A stretch of 61,087 nucleotides of DNA, filler included. It is 3 parts of 3 records of this genome, joined end to end, with 100 filler letters (N's around TTAATTAATTAA, not from the genome) between each part and the next. Parts side by side here need not be neighbours in the genome. Positions count along the whole stretch, not along the records: positions 30,803 to 61,087 come from SRR20825006_2462; 2 more parts are not named here. One strand, 5' to 3'. This document shows, piece after piece, positions 59,308-61,087 of this stretch. The position numbers were made by a program, and so were the translations under genes. Below the pieces are notes generated by a model. The model was not told the DNA's origin, ran no database searches, and saw nothing but the letters and a program-made list of their open reading frames with translations. Numbering within the stretch: the stretch's first letter is position 1; every line of letters starts with the position of its first letter.

Positions 59308-61087
<1,780 letters not shown>

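Overview
The window is three contigs joined by artificial 100-nt linkers (N44-TTAATTAATTAA-N44) at 5301-5400 and 30703-30802. All three look Flavobacteriaceae (Bacteroidota). Contig 1 (1-5300, visibly AT-richer) carries partial rpsA, topoisomerase IV parC, a secreted hypothetical gene and partial parE. Contig 2 (5401-30702) is accessory DNA. It starts with the end of a Bacteroidota conjugative-transposon tra cluster (traI-like, traJ, traK, traM, traN). A polysaccharide utilisation locus follows (FecR, ECF sigma, SusC/SusD, DUF218, GH92, metallophosphatase), whose GH92 has Gln in place of the catalytic acid, as in mannose-1-phosphodiester-uncapping enzymes. The rest is a run of unrelated gene modules: an alpha/beta hydrolase; AraC plus a GMC oxidoreductase sugar operon; DUF1398; a lipoprotein; a hypothetical gene plus a ParDE toxin-antitoxin pair. 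The main unexplained signal is a 17-bp direct repeat, TCGTTTATTTGAACTTT, with five near-perfect copies (23133, 28535, 29017, 29507, 30674) and two weaker candidates (9304, 21509), lying at the module boundaries. An 18-bp tandem repeat follows traN, and an inverted copy of it sits at an apparently chimeric junction (23347). Together these suggest a site-specific cassette-accretion array at an ICE end; this is inference, and no recombinase gene is in the window. Contig 3 (30803-61087) is ordinary core genome (atpD, glmS, panCD, radA, xth, fhs, glyQS, katG and others).
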